64,000 nucleotides of DNA from the NCBI RefSeq assembly GCF_003265365.1, contig NZ_AUPM01000018.1, forward strand, positions 15,053 through 79,052. Direction: 5' to 3'. The translations under genes were made by a program, and so were the position numbers. The stretch's first letter is position 1. The number at the start of each line of letters is the position of its first letter. The DNA is from Petrotoga sp. 9PW.55.5.1. Lineage in GTDB: Bacteria; Thermotogota; Thermotogae; Petrotogales; Petrotogaceae. Of this stretch, positions 39,689 through 49,549 are shown in pieces. The notes beneath the pieces were generated by a model. That model was not told the origin of the DNA and did no database searches. It was given only the letters and a program-made list of their open reading frames with translations.

Positions 39689-40366
39689 TTGATTCCCAAT
39701 ATTTCCGAGAGTCTTGAAAATTATTTACGAGCTATATATATTTTACATATCGATGGTAAGATTCCAAGAATCAAAGACATATCTAAAATATTGTCGGTTA
39801 AAGATGCTTCTTCAGTTGATGCGATTAAAAGGTTAGAAAAAATTGGCTATGTCATACACGAAAGATATGGATACGTTAAATTAACTGATAAAGGACTACT
39901 AACAGCGGAAAAAGTTTATAGAAGATATATAATTTTAATAGACTTTTTTGTAAACATTTTAGGATTATCAAAAGAAGAAGCTTACAATTTAGCTTGTGGT
40001 GTAGAACATCATATGAACGATAAATTTTATATTTCATTGGATGGTTTAATACTTTTCTTAAGAAGAAATCCCATAGAATTTGCAGAAGCAAAAAATTTTA
40101 TTCAAAAATATACAAAAAAAATGCCCCACGATTTCAAAAATACTTTATGGAGTTTAAATAAAGAAGAAATTGCTGAAGTTTACGATATTTCTGGAGAATC
40201 TTCCTTAAGAAAATTGATAATTGACAAAGGAATATTTCCGGGTTTGTTGGTTAAGATTACAAATAAATATAAAAATTCCATTGAATTTTCAGCTAATGAT
40301 AAAATAATTAATTTAAACCAAAATGAAGCTGAGCATATAATTATTGGCCCACAAAATATTTTATAA
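39689..40366 (+). CDS. DtxR/MntR-family metal-dependent transcriptional regulator with C-terminal FeoA (SH3-like) domain
   Basis: N-terminal ENYLRAIYIL-type HTH. About 225 aa. TTG start. Confidence 0.7.
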   Translation: MIPNISESLENYLRAIYILHIDGKIPRIKDISKILSVKDASSVDAIKRLEKIGYVIHERYGYVKLTDKGLLTAEKVYRRYIILIDFFVNILGLSKEEAYNLACGVEHHMNDKFYISLDGLILFLRRNPIEFAEAKNFIQKYTKKMPHDFKNTLWSLNKEEIAEVYDISGESSLRKLIIDKGIFPGLLVKITNKYKNSIEFSANDKIINLNQNEAEHIIIGPQNIL

Positions 40367-40400
40367 AAATAATGGGAATTCTTTTTAAAAGGAGGAATTT

Positions 40401-41213
40401 ATGCCTAACAAAATAGAAAAAGCGTCTCAATATATCAAAGATAATATTGAATTAAAACCTTTCTTGGGTTTAATCTTAGGTTCTGGTTTAGGATATATAG
40501 CTGACAAAGTAAAAAACCCAAAGAGTATCGATTACAAAGACATACCTTTCTTTCCCCAATCCAGTGTAGAGGGTCATGAAGGAAAATTAGTTACAGGAAC
40601 CATAGAAGGCATTGCTGTTATTATATTAAAAGGAAGATTTCATGCTTATGAAGGTATAGACCTCAAAAAAATAGTTTTTCCCATATATGTAATGAAAAGT
40701 TTAGGAGTTAAAGGTTTAATAATCACAAATGCGGCCGGAGGTGTAAATAGAACTTTCACTCCTGGAGATATAGTAGCCAATACAGATTTTATCAATTTTA
40801 CTTTCAAAAACCCTCTTAGAGGTCCAAACATCGATGATTTTGGCCCAAGATTCCCTTCTATGGTTGAACCTGTTGATAAGAAATGGATTGATATTGTTAT
40901 AGATAAATGTCAAGAAGAAGGAATAAAAATTAAAAAAGGTACGTATTTATGGACTATGGGTCCTTCTTACGAAACACCTGCTGAGATAAAAATGTTTGAA
41001 AAATTTGGAGCAGATTTAGTTGGTATGTCTACTTTGCCCGAAGTAATGGCGGCAAATCACGTGGGTTTAAATACAATTTCTTTTTCTGCTGTTACGAATA
41101 TGGCCGCTGGAATACTACCTGAACCTCTGAAGCATGAAGAGGTTCTAAGAACTACTGAAAAGATTAAAAACCAATTTGAAAAAGTGGTCTATAACTCTAT
41201 CAAATTATTCTAA
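40401..41213 (+). CDS. purine nucleoside phosphorylase (PNP/MTAP family I)
   Basis: 270 aa. GPSYETPAE motif. Confidence 0.8.
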   Translation: MPNKIEKASQYIKDNIELKPFLGLILGSGLGYIADKVKNPKSIDYKDIPFFPQSSVEGHEGKLVTGTIEGIAVIILKGRFHAYEGIDLKKIVFPIYVMKSLGVKGLIITNAAGGVNRTFTPGDIVANTDFINFTFKNPLRGPNIDDFGPRFPSMVEPVDKKWIDIVIDKCQEEGIKIKKGTYLWTMGPSYETPAEIKMFEKFGADLVGMSTLPEVMAANHVGLNTISFSAVTNMAAGILPEPLKHEEVLRTTEKIKNQFEKVVYNSIKLF

Positions 41214-41241
41214 TTTTTATAGACGTTTAGGAGGAAAATAT

Positions 41242-42246
41242 TTGAAAGGAAATATTAAGGAAATAACTAAAGAAATAGTAAAAAATGAGAAAATATTATT
41301 AGTAGGTCATATATTACCCGATGGGGATGATGTTAGTAGTTTAACTTCGATGAAATTAGGACTGGAAAAATTAGGAAAAAAAGTTTCTGCCGTTATAGAT
41401 GATGATATTCCAGAATATTTATTACAATTTCCAACTATAAAAGCTTCCATTGAAAGTTTCAAAGATGTAGAAAATAATATTTATCAAAACTTTGACTTAA
41501 TGATAATTCTAGATTCTTCATCACCAGATAGAGTAGGTAGGTTTGAGAAATACTTGAATTCTTTTCGAGTTTTATTAATCGATCACCATGTTACTAACAC
41601 ACATTTTGGAAACATTAATTGGGTTGATCCTACAATGGGTTCAACTGCACAGATGGTTTATAGAATACTAAAAGATTTTAACATTGATTATGATAATGAG
41701 TTAGCTAACATGAACTTACTTGGAATAGCTACTGATACGGGATTTTTTAAATACCAAAATGCCGGTTCAACTGTTTTTAGAGATGCGGCTGATTTAATTG
41801 AAAAAGGTGCGAATATAAGTTACATCGCAAATACTATATTAGATAACACTCCTTTGGAACATATTTTATTATACAAAGATATACTCAATGAGCTGAAAAT
41901 AACTTCCGAAGGACGAATAGCTTACTCTTTATTAACGCTCGGTATGCTTGCTAAATATAATATCTTACCAAAAGATAGTCCTTCTTTTGTAGAAAATATA
42001 CGTTCTATAAGAAATGTTGAAATAGCTATTGTATTTCAAGAGTACAAAGAAAATTTATACCATGTTTCTTTAAGGTCAAAAAAATGGGCAGATGTTTCAA
42101 AAATAGCTTTAAAGTATGGGGGAGGGGGGCACCCTCGGGCCGCCGGGTTTTCCATTCAAACTCGTAATATTGAAAAATCAATTAAAGAAATAGTTGAAGA
42201 TATATCTAAATATTTAAGGGAATCCATTGGTGATTTAACTTTTTAA
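41242..42246 (+). CDS. nrnA: DHH-family bifunctional oligoribonuclease / pAp phosphatase NrnA
   Basis: DHH and DHHA1 with GGGGHPRAAG. TTG 41242 follows AGGAGG by 7 nt. The ORF-track ATG at 41176 overlaps the upstream gene. Confidence 0.75.
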   Translation: MKGNIKEITKEIVKNEKILLVGHILPDGDDVSSLTSMKLGLEKLGKKVSAVIDDDIPEYLLQFPTIKASIESFKDVENNIYQNFDLMIILDSSSPDRVGRFEKYLNSFRVLLIDHHVTNTHFGNINWVDPTMGSTAQMVYRILKDFNIDYDNELANMNLLGIATDTGFFKYQNAGSTVFRDAADLIEKGANISYIANTILDNTPLEHILLYKDILNELKITSEGRIAYSLLTLGMLAKYNILPKDSPSFVENIRSIRNVEIAIVFQEYKENLYHVSLRSKKWADVSKIALKYGGGGHPRAAGFSIQTRNIEKSIKEIVEDISKYLRESIGDLTF

Positions 42247-42256
42247 TATAAATTAG

Positions 42257-42691
42257 GTGATTTTAATGACTTATATTTTTTTGTTTTTAATTTGGGGAGT
42301 TCTTATAAACGATTTTTCTGATATTTCTATAATATTGGGCCTTTTAGCTGTATTAATTACCGTTAAAATTACTGATATTTTTTTCAAAAACACCACATAT
42401 GGAACCGTTGAAATGTTATTGTATAGTTTGGGAAGTTTGTTGAAAATGTACAAAAATGCTATTTTATTTTTACCTTTAATATTGATGAAAAAAAAATATT
42501 CTGGATTAACTCATATTAATGTTAAAAACAAATCTGATTTTGAGAAAGCTGCTATAGCAAATGCCATAACTCTGACGCCGAAAACTCTCGCATTATACGA
42601 AGAAAATGAAACTCTTGTAGTTCATAGAGTTTCATCAAATCCCGATGAGGCTCATAACCCTGATGGAGTCTGGGAAGGAGATATTATTTGA
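42257..42691 (+). CDS. Na+/H+ antiporter subunit E (MrpE/MnhE, MbhA-like)
   Basis: Conserved ITLTPKTL motif (ITLTPGT in MrpE). 144 aa. Confidence 0.65.
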   Translation: MILMTYIFLFLIWGVLINDFSDISIILGLLAVLITVKITDIFFKNTTYGTVEMLLYSLGSLLKMYKNAILFLPLILMKKKYSGLTHINVKNKSDFEKAAIANAITLTPKTLALYEENETLVVHRVSSNPDEAHNPDGVWEGDII

Positions 42692-42945
42692 TCAGAATTT
42701 TGGAAATTGTTGTATTATTTTCTCTTTGTTTAACTTTAATTAAATTAATATTATCTAAATCAAAATGGGAAAAATTACTTTCCTATTCTTCTTTTTCTTC
42801 GAAATCTGTGTTATTAATGCTTATCTTTTCTTTCAATTCTCATCAATTATTCCTTTTAGACGTTATTATAATCTTTTTAGTATTAAATATTTGGGGAATA
42901 TTGATCGTTTCAACATTCTTACAACGAGGTGGAAGTAAAAGATGA
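42688..42945 (+). CDS. Na+/H+ antiporter subunit F (MrpF, MbhB-like)
   Basis: 85-aa, three-TM protein in the MrpF position, overlapping its neighbours. Confidence 0.5.
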   Translation: MIRILEIVVLFSLCLTLIKLILSKSKWEKLLSYSSFSSKSVLLMLIFSFNSHQLFLLDVIIIFLVLNIWGILIVSTFLQRGGSKR

Positions 42946-43229
42946 TCGCTAACATATTGCTTGGAATAGGATCTTTATTTATATTTCTTGGTACTATAGG
43001 ATTGTTTACAATGGAAGATCTATATTCTAAAATCCAAGCTGTCGGCATTTCCGATACCGTTGGGGTTATTTCTATTCTTTTATCTTTAATCCTTAAATAT
43101 CCGGAAAGCTCAGGAAGATTGATAATTCTTTCTGTTATTACGATAATTTTGAATCCAGCTATATCCTCTATTATAGCTTACTACGCTGCAAAAACCGGAG
43201 AAAAGGTTGGTAAAAAATCAAATGAATAG
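42942..43229 (+). CDS. Na+/H+ antiporter subunit G (MrpG, MbhC-like)
   Basis: 95 aa with the MnhG-like pattern LGTIGLF...DLYSKIQAVGISDT. Confidence 0.5.
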   Translation: MIANILLGIGSLFIFLGTIGLFTMEDLYSKIQAVGISDTVGVISILLSLILKYPESSGRLIILSVITIILNPAISSIIAYYAAKTGEKVGKKSNE

Positions 43230-43995
43230 TTCGATGATTTTATTGTTTTTTAGCTTGATTGTATTATCTATGTACATTTTAGCTCAAAAAAGTTATATCA
43301 ACGCAATTCTTGGATACGGTGCTTTTTCTGTCGCGTTATCTATACTATTTTTTATATTAAACGCACCGGATGTAGCTTTTGTTGAAATAACTATTGGCGC
43401 AGCTTTTGTTACTTATATATATTTAATAGCAATAAAAAAGACTGCGGAAGTTAAGATATACTATATCGAAACTCCTTACATGATTGAAGAAAAAGAAGGT
43501 AACTTGACAGGTTTTGAATATGAATTAATTAAGGAATTCTTAGAAAGAAAAGGTTTGGACGCTGATTTTATTAAGGTTGAAGATGAAAACTTAATTGAGA
43601 ATATTAATGATCATGGTGAAATATTAATAGGTGGAATTATTATTGAAAAAAATTATGACAATATAATCCCCTCAGATACTATCTTACCATCAAAATTATA
43701 TTCCATTGGCCAACCAAAAAAAACTTGTAATGGTATCTTCGTTTCAAATTTAGAAAAAAGTACTGTAGATAATTTAGAAGATGATTTTTTAATTGATGCG
43801 GTAAGATACAGAAAAAAAATAATGGAAGGCGAGACTATCTTATCAAAAAATGCAGAGGTTTTGAGGGAATCAGGTTATAGAATATTGTTCTATATAAAAG
43901 ATAAATCTTTGTGTGCTGATTTTAATAAATACTTAGAAGAAATAAAATCTGATCCAAATTACTACGAAAACCTCGTAAGGAGGTATATAGGGTGA
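43207..43995 (+). CDS. MbhD/DUF4040-like membrane domain fused to a periplasmic substrate-binding-protein-like (SBP_bac_3-type) domain
   Basis: N-terminal APDVAFVEITIGAAF (MbhD/MrpB-N signature). C-terminal about 170 aa resemble the first lobe of amino-acid-binding proteins (GFEYELIKEFLERKGLDADFIKV...). Confidence 0.45.
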   Translation: MVKNQMNSSMILLFFSLIVLSMYILAQKSYINAILGYGAFSVALSILFFILNAPDVAFVEITIGAAFVTYIYLIAIKKTAEVKIYYIETPYMIEEKEGNLTGFEYELIKEFLERKGLDADFIKVEDENLIENINDHGEILIGGIIIEKNYDNIIPSDTILPSKLYSIGQPKKTCNGIFVSNLEKSTVDNLEDDFLIDAVRYRKKIMEGETILSKNAEVLRESGYRILFYIKDKSLCADFNKYLEEIKSDPNYYENLVRRYIG

Positions 43996-44681
43996 AAAAT
44001 CTGATATTATTTTTTCTATTTGTATTAATATTTTTAGTTATAACTTTCAATTTAAGCTTGGGAGAGATGATGAGTTTCTATGAACCAAAAGATATAATCT
44101 CAGAAAATGGATCAACGAATATGGTATCAGCAATTATTCTTGACTATAGGTTATATGATACTTTTTTTGAAATACTTGTCTTTACAATGGCTGTTATTGG
44201 AGTTTCAGAATTCATCGGTAAAATACCTATTAGCGAATCAAATAATCAAAATCTTTCATATGATACTCCCATTATAAAAGTAATAACCCCAATCTTTTTT
44301 CAAATTATCGTTCTAATCTCTATTTATATTTCAACTACTGGTCATATAGCCCCTGGTGGTGGATTCGCTGCAGGTACTATATTAGGTACAGGCTTTTTAG
44401 CGGTTTCATTAGTTAAACCAACTGATGAAATTGAAAATTTATTTATTAAGTCAAAGATTGAGATTCTCAAAATGTTGGTCCCTTTATTCATAATCGCTTA
44501 TGGTCTTTTTGGTTATCTTTGGGGAGGAACTTTTTTCTCCAATTTTAATTTACAAGGAACTCCTGGTAAATTAGCAAGCGGAGGATCCGCATTATTATTA
44601 AACTTCTTGATATACTTCGAAGTTTTTGGCGGTTCCTGGACCATTTTATACAGATTTCTAAAACATAGAGGTTTACTATGA
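43992..44681 (+). CDS. Na+/H+ antiporter subunit B (MrpB/MnhB, MbhE-like)
   Basis: VSAIILDYRLYDTFFEILVF matches the MnhB core VxAIxxDYRGxDTLGE. Confidence 0.6.
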   Translation: MKNLILFFLFVLIFLVITFNLSLGEMMSFYEPKDIISENGSTNMVSAIILDYRLYDTFFEILVFTMAVIGVSEFIGKIPISESNNQNLSYDTPIIKVITPIFFQIIVLISIYISTTGHIAPGGGFAAGTILGTGFLAVSLVKPTDEIENLFIKSKIEILKMLVPLFIIAYGLFGYLWGGTFFSNFNLQGTPGKLASGGSALLLNFLIYFEVFGGSWTILYRFLKHRGLL

Positions 44682-45013
44682 CTTTATATAATACATTAGT
44701 CTTTCTTATAATTTTTATAGGTTTATTTGGAGTTATTGTTAAAAATGACCTTATATTAAAATTTTTTAATCTAGGAGTTTTTCAAGGAGGAGTTGTCCTA
44801 TTTTTTGTCCTTCTAGCTTATGAGGAGCACTCTCCGATAATCACTATTGATTTACAGAACTTTGCTGATCCTTTGATTCATTCATTCCTATTAACAGTTA
44901 TAGTAATCGGGTTTGCTAATCTTGCTTTAATGCTAGTTTTTACCATGATACTATCTTCTCAGTATAAAACTAGAGATGTCAACGAAATTGAAAAAAAGAT
45001 TATCGAAAAATAA
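44678..45013 (+). CDS. Na+/H+ antiporter subunit C (MrpC, NuoK-like)
   Basis: 111-aa, three-TM protein in the MrpC position. Confidence 0.55.
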   Translation: MTLYNTLVFLIIFIGLFGVIVKNDLILKFFNLGVFQGGVVLFFVLLAYEEHSPIITIDLQNFADPLIHSFLLTVIVIGFANLALMLVFTMILSSQYKTRDVNEIEKKIIEK

Positions 45014-45043
45014 TAAGACAAAATAATTAAAAAGGAGAAATAA

Positions 45044-46471
45044 ATGCTATTACTTATTTCTTTGACTCCAATATCTTTAGGAATATTAAATTATATTTTT
45101 AAAAAGAAATCATTCTTTTTAGTTTTAACTTCTTATATTTTAACTTTTTTATTTATTTTCTTAGCACAAGAAGGTTCGATGGTTATAGGTAATTACTCAG
45201 CACTAAAGGGGATAGAATTTGAATTCAATGTTACTATCAGAATTTTACTACTTTCCTTCAATATTTTCTCATTAATAGTTATTTTAAGAATTATAAATAA
45301 ATATGATTATGTTTTTTTCTCTTTATGGCTTTTACTTATTGGAAGCATAAACGGTTTTTTCATGAGTCGGGATTTCTTTAATCTTTATGTTCATCTGGAA
45401 TTGGCTTCTATTCTGACTTTTTTGCTATTAGCCTATGACAAAAATGAGATAAGAATATGGGCATCTCTTAAATATATGATAATGAGTTTAGTGGCTTTAA
45501 ATCTTTACTTAATAGGGGTTGGAATCCTTTACTCTCATTCAGGTACTCTGAATATTAATTACAATTTATCAAACGGTATAAATAATTTAGCTTTTAGTTT
45601 TATATTAACTGGTCTTCTTATAAAAGGTGGTTTCTTTTTTCTTTCTGGATGGTTACCAAACGCTCATACAGAGGCAGTAAAAGGAGTTTCTCCAATTTTA
45701 TCGGGAGTCATTGTTAAGTTACCCATTTTTATAATTTATCTTTTGTATTCTTCTATTCCTGATAACTTAAAAAATTTTTTATATGTATTTGCCATTATAA
45801 CAGCGATTACATCTTCTTTCTTTACCTTGTTACAAGATGACATTAAGAAATTTTTTGCTTATTCCACCATGTCTCAAATGAGTTATGGATTAATAATTCT
45901 CATGGTACAACCTTCAATATTCCCATATTTCATAATTTATCATATGTTTTCAAAGGGTTTTTTGTTTATGATTGCAGAAGATATATATGAAGAAAACCAA
46001 ACAAAGAATTTACAAGAATTAAAGGGAGTAAAATTACCCATAGATACTCTAGTGTTACTAAGTTTTCTCTTATTAAACCTTAGCGGGCTGTTCCCTTTTT
46101 CTTTATTCATTTTAAAAGACAACTTATCTTTATCATACTTTCTTGAAATAAATATATTTATTTTTGGTATGTATTTTTATAAATTGTTGAGTACCTTTCA
46201 CATTAAAAAAAATTTTAGCTATAAATATTGGTACATCTTTATTTTCATTATATTAAACATTTTTGGAATTACTTTTTATTTAATTTCTAATTTTTCTGAA
46301 TTATCATTTCTAAAGATTTCCTCTCAATATTTATTCTTTCTTTTAGGGATTTTTGTATACTTCGTCTTAAAAGATAAAATATCTTTTCGCCCTATTGAGA
46401 TATACAATTTTCAAAACAGCTTTATTTATCAAATAGCTTTTTTGTTACTTATTATGCTTATTGAAATATAG
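45044..46471 (+). CDS. Na+/H+ antiporter subunit D (MrpD, NuoN/NuoM-like proton-conducting membrane transporter)
   Basis: 475 aa with about 14 TM segments. Antiporter-like family. Confidence 0.65.
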   Translation: MLLLISLTPISLGILNYIFKKKSFFLVLTSYILTFLFIFLAQEGSMVIGNYSALKGIEFEFNVTIRILLLSFNIFSLIVILRIINKYDYVFFSLWLLLIGSINGFFMSRDFFNLYVHLELASILTFLLLAYDKNEIRIWASLKYMIMSLVALNLYLIGVGILYSHSGTLNINYNLSNGINNLAFSFILTGLLIKGGFFFLSGWLPNAHTEAVKGVSPILSGVIVKLPIFIIYLLYSSIPDNLKNFLYVFAIITAITSSFFTLLQDDIKKFFAYSTMSQMSYGLIILMVQPSIFPYFIIYHMFSKGFLFMIAEDIYEENQTKNLQELKGVKLPIDTLVLLSFLLLNLSGLFPFSLFILKDNLSLSYFLEINIFIFGMYFYKLLSTFHIKKNFSYKYWYIFIFIILNIFGITFYLISNFSELSFLKISSQYLFFLLGIFVYFVLKDKISFRPIEIYNFQNSFIYQIAFLLLIMLIEI

Positions 46472-46566
46472 CGCTTGAAAAATTCACAGAATTTATGATA
46501 GAATTATACTATCTTATGAGTGAAAAAATTTAAGGAGGTAGAGGCGTTATCAAACGCATAAATCAA

Positions 46567-47868
46567 ATGATTAAAAAAATCACTTTTACAATTACTGTTT
46601 TTCTCGTTTTAGTTCTTTCTTCGGTTTTAGGACAAGATGTTTTAAAAATAGTTCCTGTAGATTCTAAAGGTGTTGTCTATATCAAAAATTTAGACGATAC
46701 TTATAACGATTTAAAAACAGTTCCCACTCTTAAAACATTATTATTGGAACCTTTTAATGCAGAACTATTAATTTCTAGCTTTGCTCAAATATATTTTAAT
46801 GCTTTGAAGATTGATTTTCAAAGTTTTATAAATCAGCTCGATGTTGATTTAGCTGTATTTGTTCAAGAACCACGAGAAAAATCATATGAATTTGGATTTT
46901 CTATTGGACCTATTAACAATCCTGAGGCCTTTGCAAAAGACTTAGACAAACTTTTAGAACCCTTAAAAGATTACGGACTGGTCTTTACTCCAATAGTTGA
47001 AAATATCGGGGGTCTTAGTTATTTAGCCATGGTTCAAGATAAAAATTTGTATTCATCATCTAAAAAAGGTGTTGAAGATTTTGAGGAGATTATTTATTCT
47101 GATAGCGGACTTTATTACAGAATTAATACTTCTGATTATCAAGGCGAAGGATATTTCTATCCAAAGGATGGTTTTCTTGTTGGAGGAGGAATTGGAACAG
47201 CTAACACAGAATCTATAGATGTTACTTTTGTGAAAAGTCCACAAGAGGTTCCATTTTTTGGGAATATGTTTTTTACTTCATCTTTGATACCAAATGACAT
47301 AGCAAATTACTCTGACCTTATAAATATAGTTGTAGATTACGAAATAGCTGAAAAACTGATAAATTCTTCTAAAGGAATAGAGGTAAATGCTGATTTACAA
47401 ATAACTGATAATTTATCTGAAATTTCTAATAACAATTATTTGAAGTTAAAAACCGAAGTTAAAGTTGATGATATAATTCCTATCTTGAATGAGAATAATA
47501 TTAAACACAAGAAAATTAATGAAAATATGTTGGAATTTTATATAGAATCAGAGACTACCAATCAAAATAGCGGAAAGACAACTGTGACTCAAACATTTTA
47601 TGTTTGGAAAAACGAATTTTTATATGTTTCAGTTAAAAACCCTGATGAATTACAAAAAGTTATTAACACAAAACCACGACTCTCAGAAAATGATCTATTT
47701 AATAAACTTAGCCAAAGAATAGGAATTGGTGATGTTGCTTATGTTTTTGTGGATTTAACTCCCATTTTTAGAAATTATGTACCAAATTTAAAAGGGCAAT
47801 ATGGTTTTCTAGTTAATGTAACTTTAGTAGAAAAAAATAAATTGAAAACTGATTTTATTGTTCAATAA
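46567..47868 (+). CDS. hypothetical secreted protein (433 aa)
   Basis: Signal peptide MIKKITFTITVFLVLVLSSVLGQ. No catalytic motif. Confidence 0.45.
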   Translation: MIKKITFTITVFLVLVLSSVLGQDVLKIVPVDSKGVVYIKNLDDTYNDLKTVPTLKTLLLEPFNAELLISSFAQIYFNALKIDFQSFINQLDVDLAVFVQEPREKSYEFGFSIGPINNPEAFAKDLDKLLEPLKDYGLVFTPIVENIGGLSYLAMVQDKNLYSSSKKGVEDFEEIIYSDSGLYYRINTSDYQGEGYFYPKDGFLVGGGIGTANTESIDVTFVKSPQEVPFFGNMFFTSSLIPNDIANYSDLINIVVDYEIAEKLINSSKGIEVNADLQITDNLSEISNNNYLKLKTEVKVDDIIPILNENNIKHKKINENMLEFYIESETTNQNSGKTTVTQTFYVWKNEFLYVSVKNPDELQKVINTKPRLSENDLFNKLSQRIGIGDVAYVFVDLTPIFRNYVPNLKGQYGFLVNVTLVEKNKLKTDFIVQ

Positions 47869-47917
47869 ATTTTGTAAAGAAATGTTGCTATTTTTTTTCT
47901 CGTTTATAAAAAAAATT

Positions 47918-47944
47918 AAGGGCATGCGTTTGCATGCCCTTTCT
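47918..47944. terminator. bidirectional Rho-independent terminator (AAGGGCATGC-GTTT-GCATGCCCTT flanked by A-run and T-run)
   Basis: Perfect 10-bp stem. Serves the + strand gene and the - strand tRNA-Leu. Confidence 0.75.
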
Positions 47945-48034
<90 letters not shown>

Positions 48035-48045
48035 AATTCAAAGTT

Positions 48046-48074
48046 ATTATACTATAATTATAACTGATTGTCAA
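48046..48074 (-). promoter_or_regulatory. consensus promoter TTGACA-17-TATAAT for tRNA-Leu
   Basis: Minus-strand -35 at 48069-48074 and -10 at 48046-48051. Confidence 0.6.
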
Positions 48075-48111
48075 TATAAATCATTAAAAGAAACAGGGGG
48101 GTGTTATTGAT

Positions 48112-49413
48112 ATGGAAAATTTAGCAATTATAGGTTTTGGAGCTGCTACTATTGGTTTCTTAAAAAGATTAATAGAAGAAGGTAAAGATAAAAAGTATAA
48201 TATTGATATTTACGAAAAAGGAGAAGATTTAGAAAATGCAGGTTTTGGTGGTTTAAAATATGATGGAAAATTATTCATATCTAAAGAAATGGGAGGAGAT
48301 TTAGATATCCCTATCGCAACTCAAAAGAAAGTAGTTGAATTTTATTTACAAAAATCTGGTTTTGCAAAGTTCGATAGTAAAAACAAATTAATCATATCTA
48401 ATGAACTTGAAAAAGGAAATTCTTTTGAAAACAAAGAACTGTACAAAAAATTCTATCATTTCGGATTTGACCCTGTCCGCTCTCACTTTTTTCATTTAGG
48501 TACTGATATTCTAATAGATACAATTAAAGCTATTTACGAGGATCTTTCAAACTTGAAAAATATAAACTTTAAATTTGGTGAGGAAGTAAAACAAATTGTA
48601 GTTAATAATAAAAAGATAACTGTGTTAAGCGGAAAAAGTGAACAAATCTATGATAAGGTAGTTGTGGCGGTTGGAAGAAGAGGCCATAAACTTGTATCAG
48701 AAATAGTCAATAACCATCCCAACCTAGTTTTATCAAACGATAAGGTTGATTTGGGAATAAGATTAGAATTACCAAACCATGTAGTAGACTACTTAAATAA
48801 AGAAATGTATGAATTTAAAGTTAGATTGAAAACCAAAACGGGTTATATAGTCAGAACATTTTGCAACAACCCCGGTGGAGAAGTTACCCTAGAAAAGTAC
48901 GATGATTTTTATACTGTTAATGGGCATGCCAATACCAATAAAAAAACATCGAATACAAATTTCGCTGTACTAGTTACACATTCTTTTACACAACCCTTTA
49001 ATGATCCTATAGGATACGGTTCTTATATTGCTAAACTATCCAATATTTTAGCCGGAGGAAATAAAGTTATTCTCCAATGTTATGAAGATTTCATAATCTC
49101 TAAAAGAACTAAAAAACTCGGGAGAGTTGAACCAACTCTTGATGCAAATAATTATATATTAGGGGATCTAAATCTTGCTTTACCAAGGAGAACGACTGAA
49201 TCAATAATTGATTTTTTAGAGCGATTAGAAAATGTAGTACCAGGAGTAACTTACCCAGATAATCTTTTATATGGGACGGAAGTTAAATTTTACGCAAACA
49301 AGATTGATAATAAGGTTTTACCTAATCTAAAAATTATAGGAGATTGTAGTGGTTGGACAAGATCTATAACTTATGCTACAAGTCATGGTTATCTAACGGC
49401 AAAAGAGTTTTAA
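48112..49413 (+). CDS. putative FAD-dependent oxidoreductase (COG2509-like uncharacterised dehydrogenase)
   Basis: N-terminal dinucleotide-binding-like IIGFGAATIGF. 433 aa. Weak assignment. Confidence 0.4.
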   Translation: MENLAIIGFGAATIGFLKRLIEEGKDKKYNIDIYEKGEDLENAGFGGLKYDGKLFISKEMGGDLDIPIATQKKVVEFYLQKSGFAKFDSKNKLIISNELEKGNSFENKELYKKFYHFGFDPVRSHFFHLGTDILIDTIKAIYEDLSNLKNINFKFGEEVKQIVVNNKKITVLSGKSEQIYDKVVVAVGRRGHKLVSEIVNNHPNLVLSNDKVDLGIRLELPNHVVDYLNKEMYEFKVRLKTKTGYIVRTFCNNPGGEVTLEKYDDFYTVNGHANTNKKTSNTNFAVLVTHSFTQPFNDPIGYGSYIAKLSNILAGGNKVILQCYEDFIISKRTKKLGRVEPTLDANNYILGDLNLALPRRTTESIIDFLERLENVVPGVTYPDNLLYGTEVKFYANKIDNKVLPNLKIIGDCSGWTRSITYATSHGYLTAKEF

Positions 49414-49422
49414 AACCATAAG

Positions 49423-49451
49423 TTGACAAAATAATCCTAGTATGCTATAAT
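49423..49451 (+). promoter_or_regulatory. consensus promoter TTGACA-17-TATAAT for tRNA-Gln
   Basis: Read in the sequence. Confidence 0.6.
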
Positions 49452-49472
49452 AAAATCTGTAGAGTTAGATGT

Positions 49473-49547
49473 TGGGACGTGGCCAAGCGGCAAGGCGACG
49501 GACTTTGACTCCGTTATTCGTAGGTTCGAATCCTACCGTCCCAGCCA
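49473..49547 (+). tRNA. tRNA-Gln (anticodon TTG), CCA encoded
   Basis: Hand-folded. Acceptor TGGGACG/CGTCCCA, anticodon loop CTTTGAC, T-loop TTCGAAT. Confidence 0.85.
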
Positions 49548-49549
49548 AA

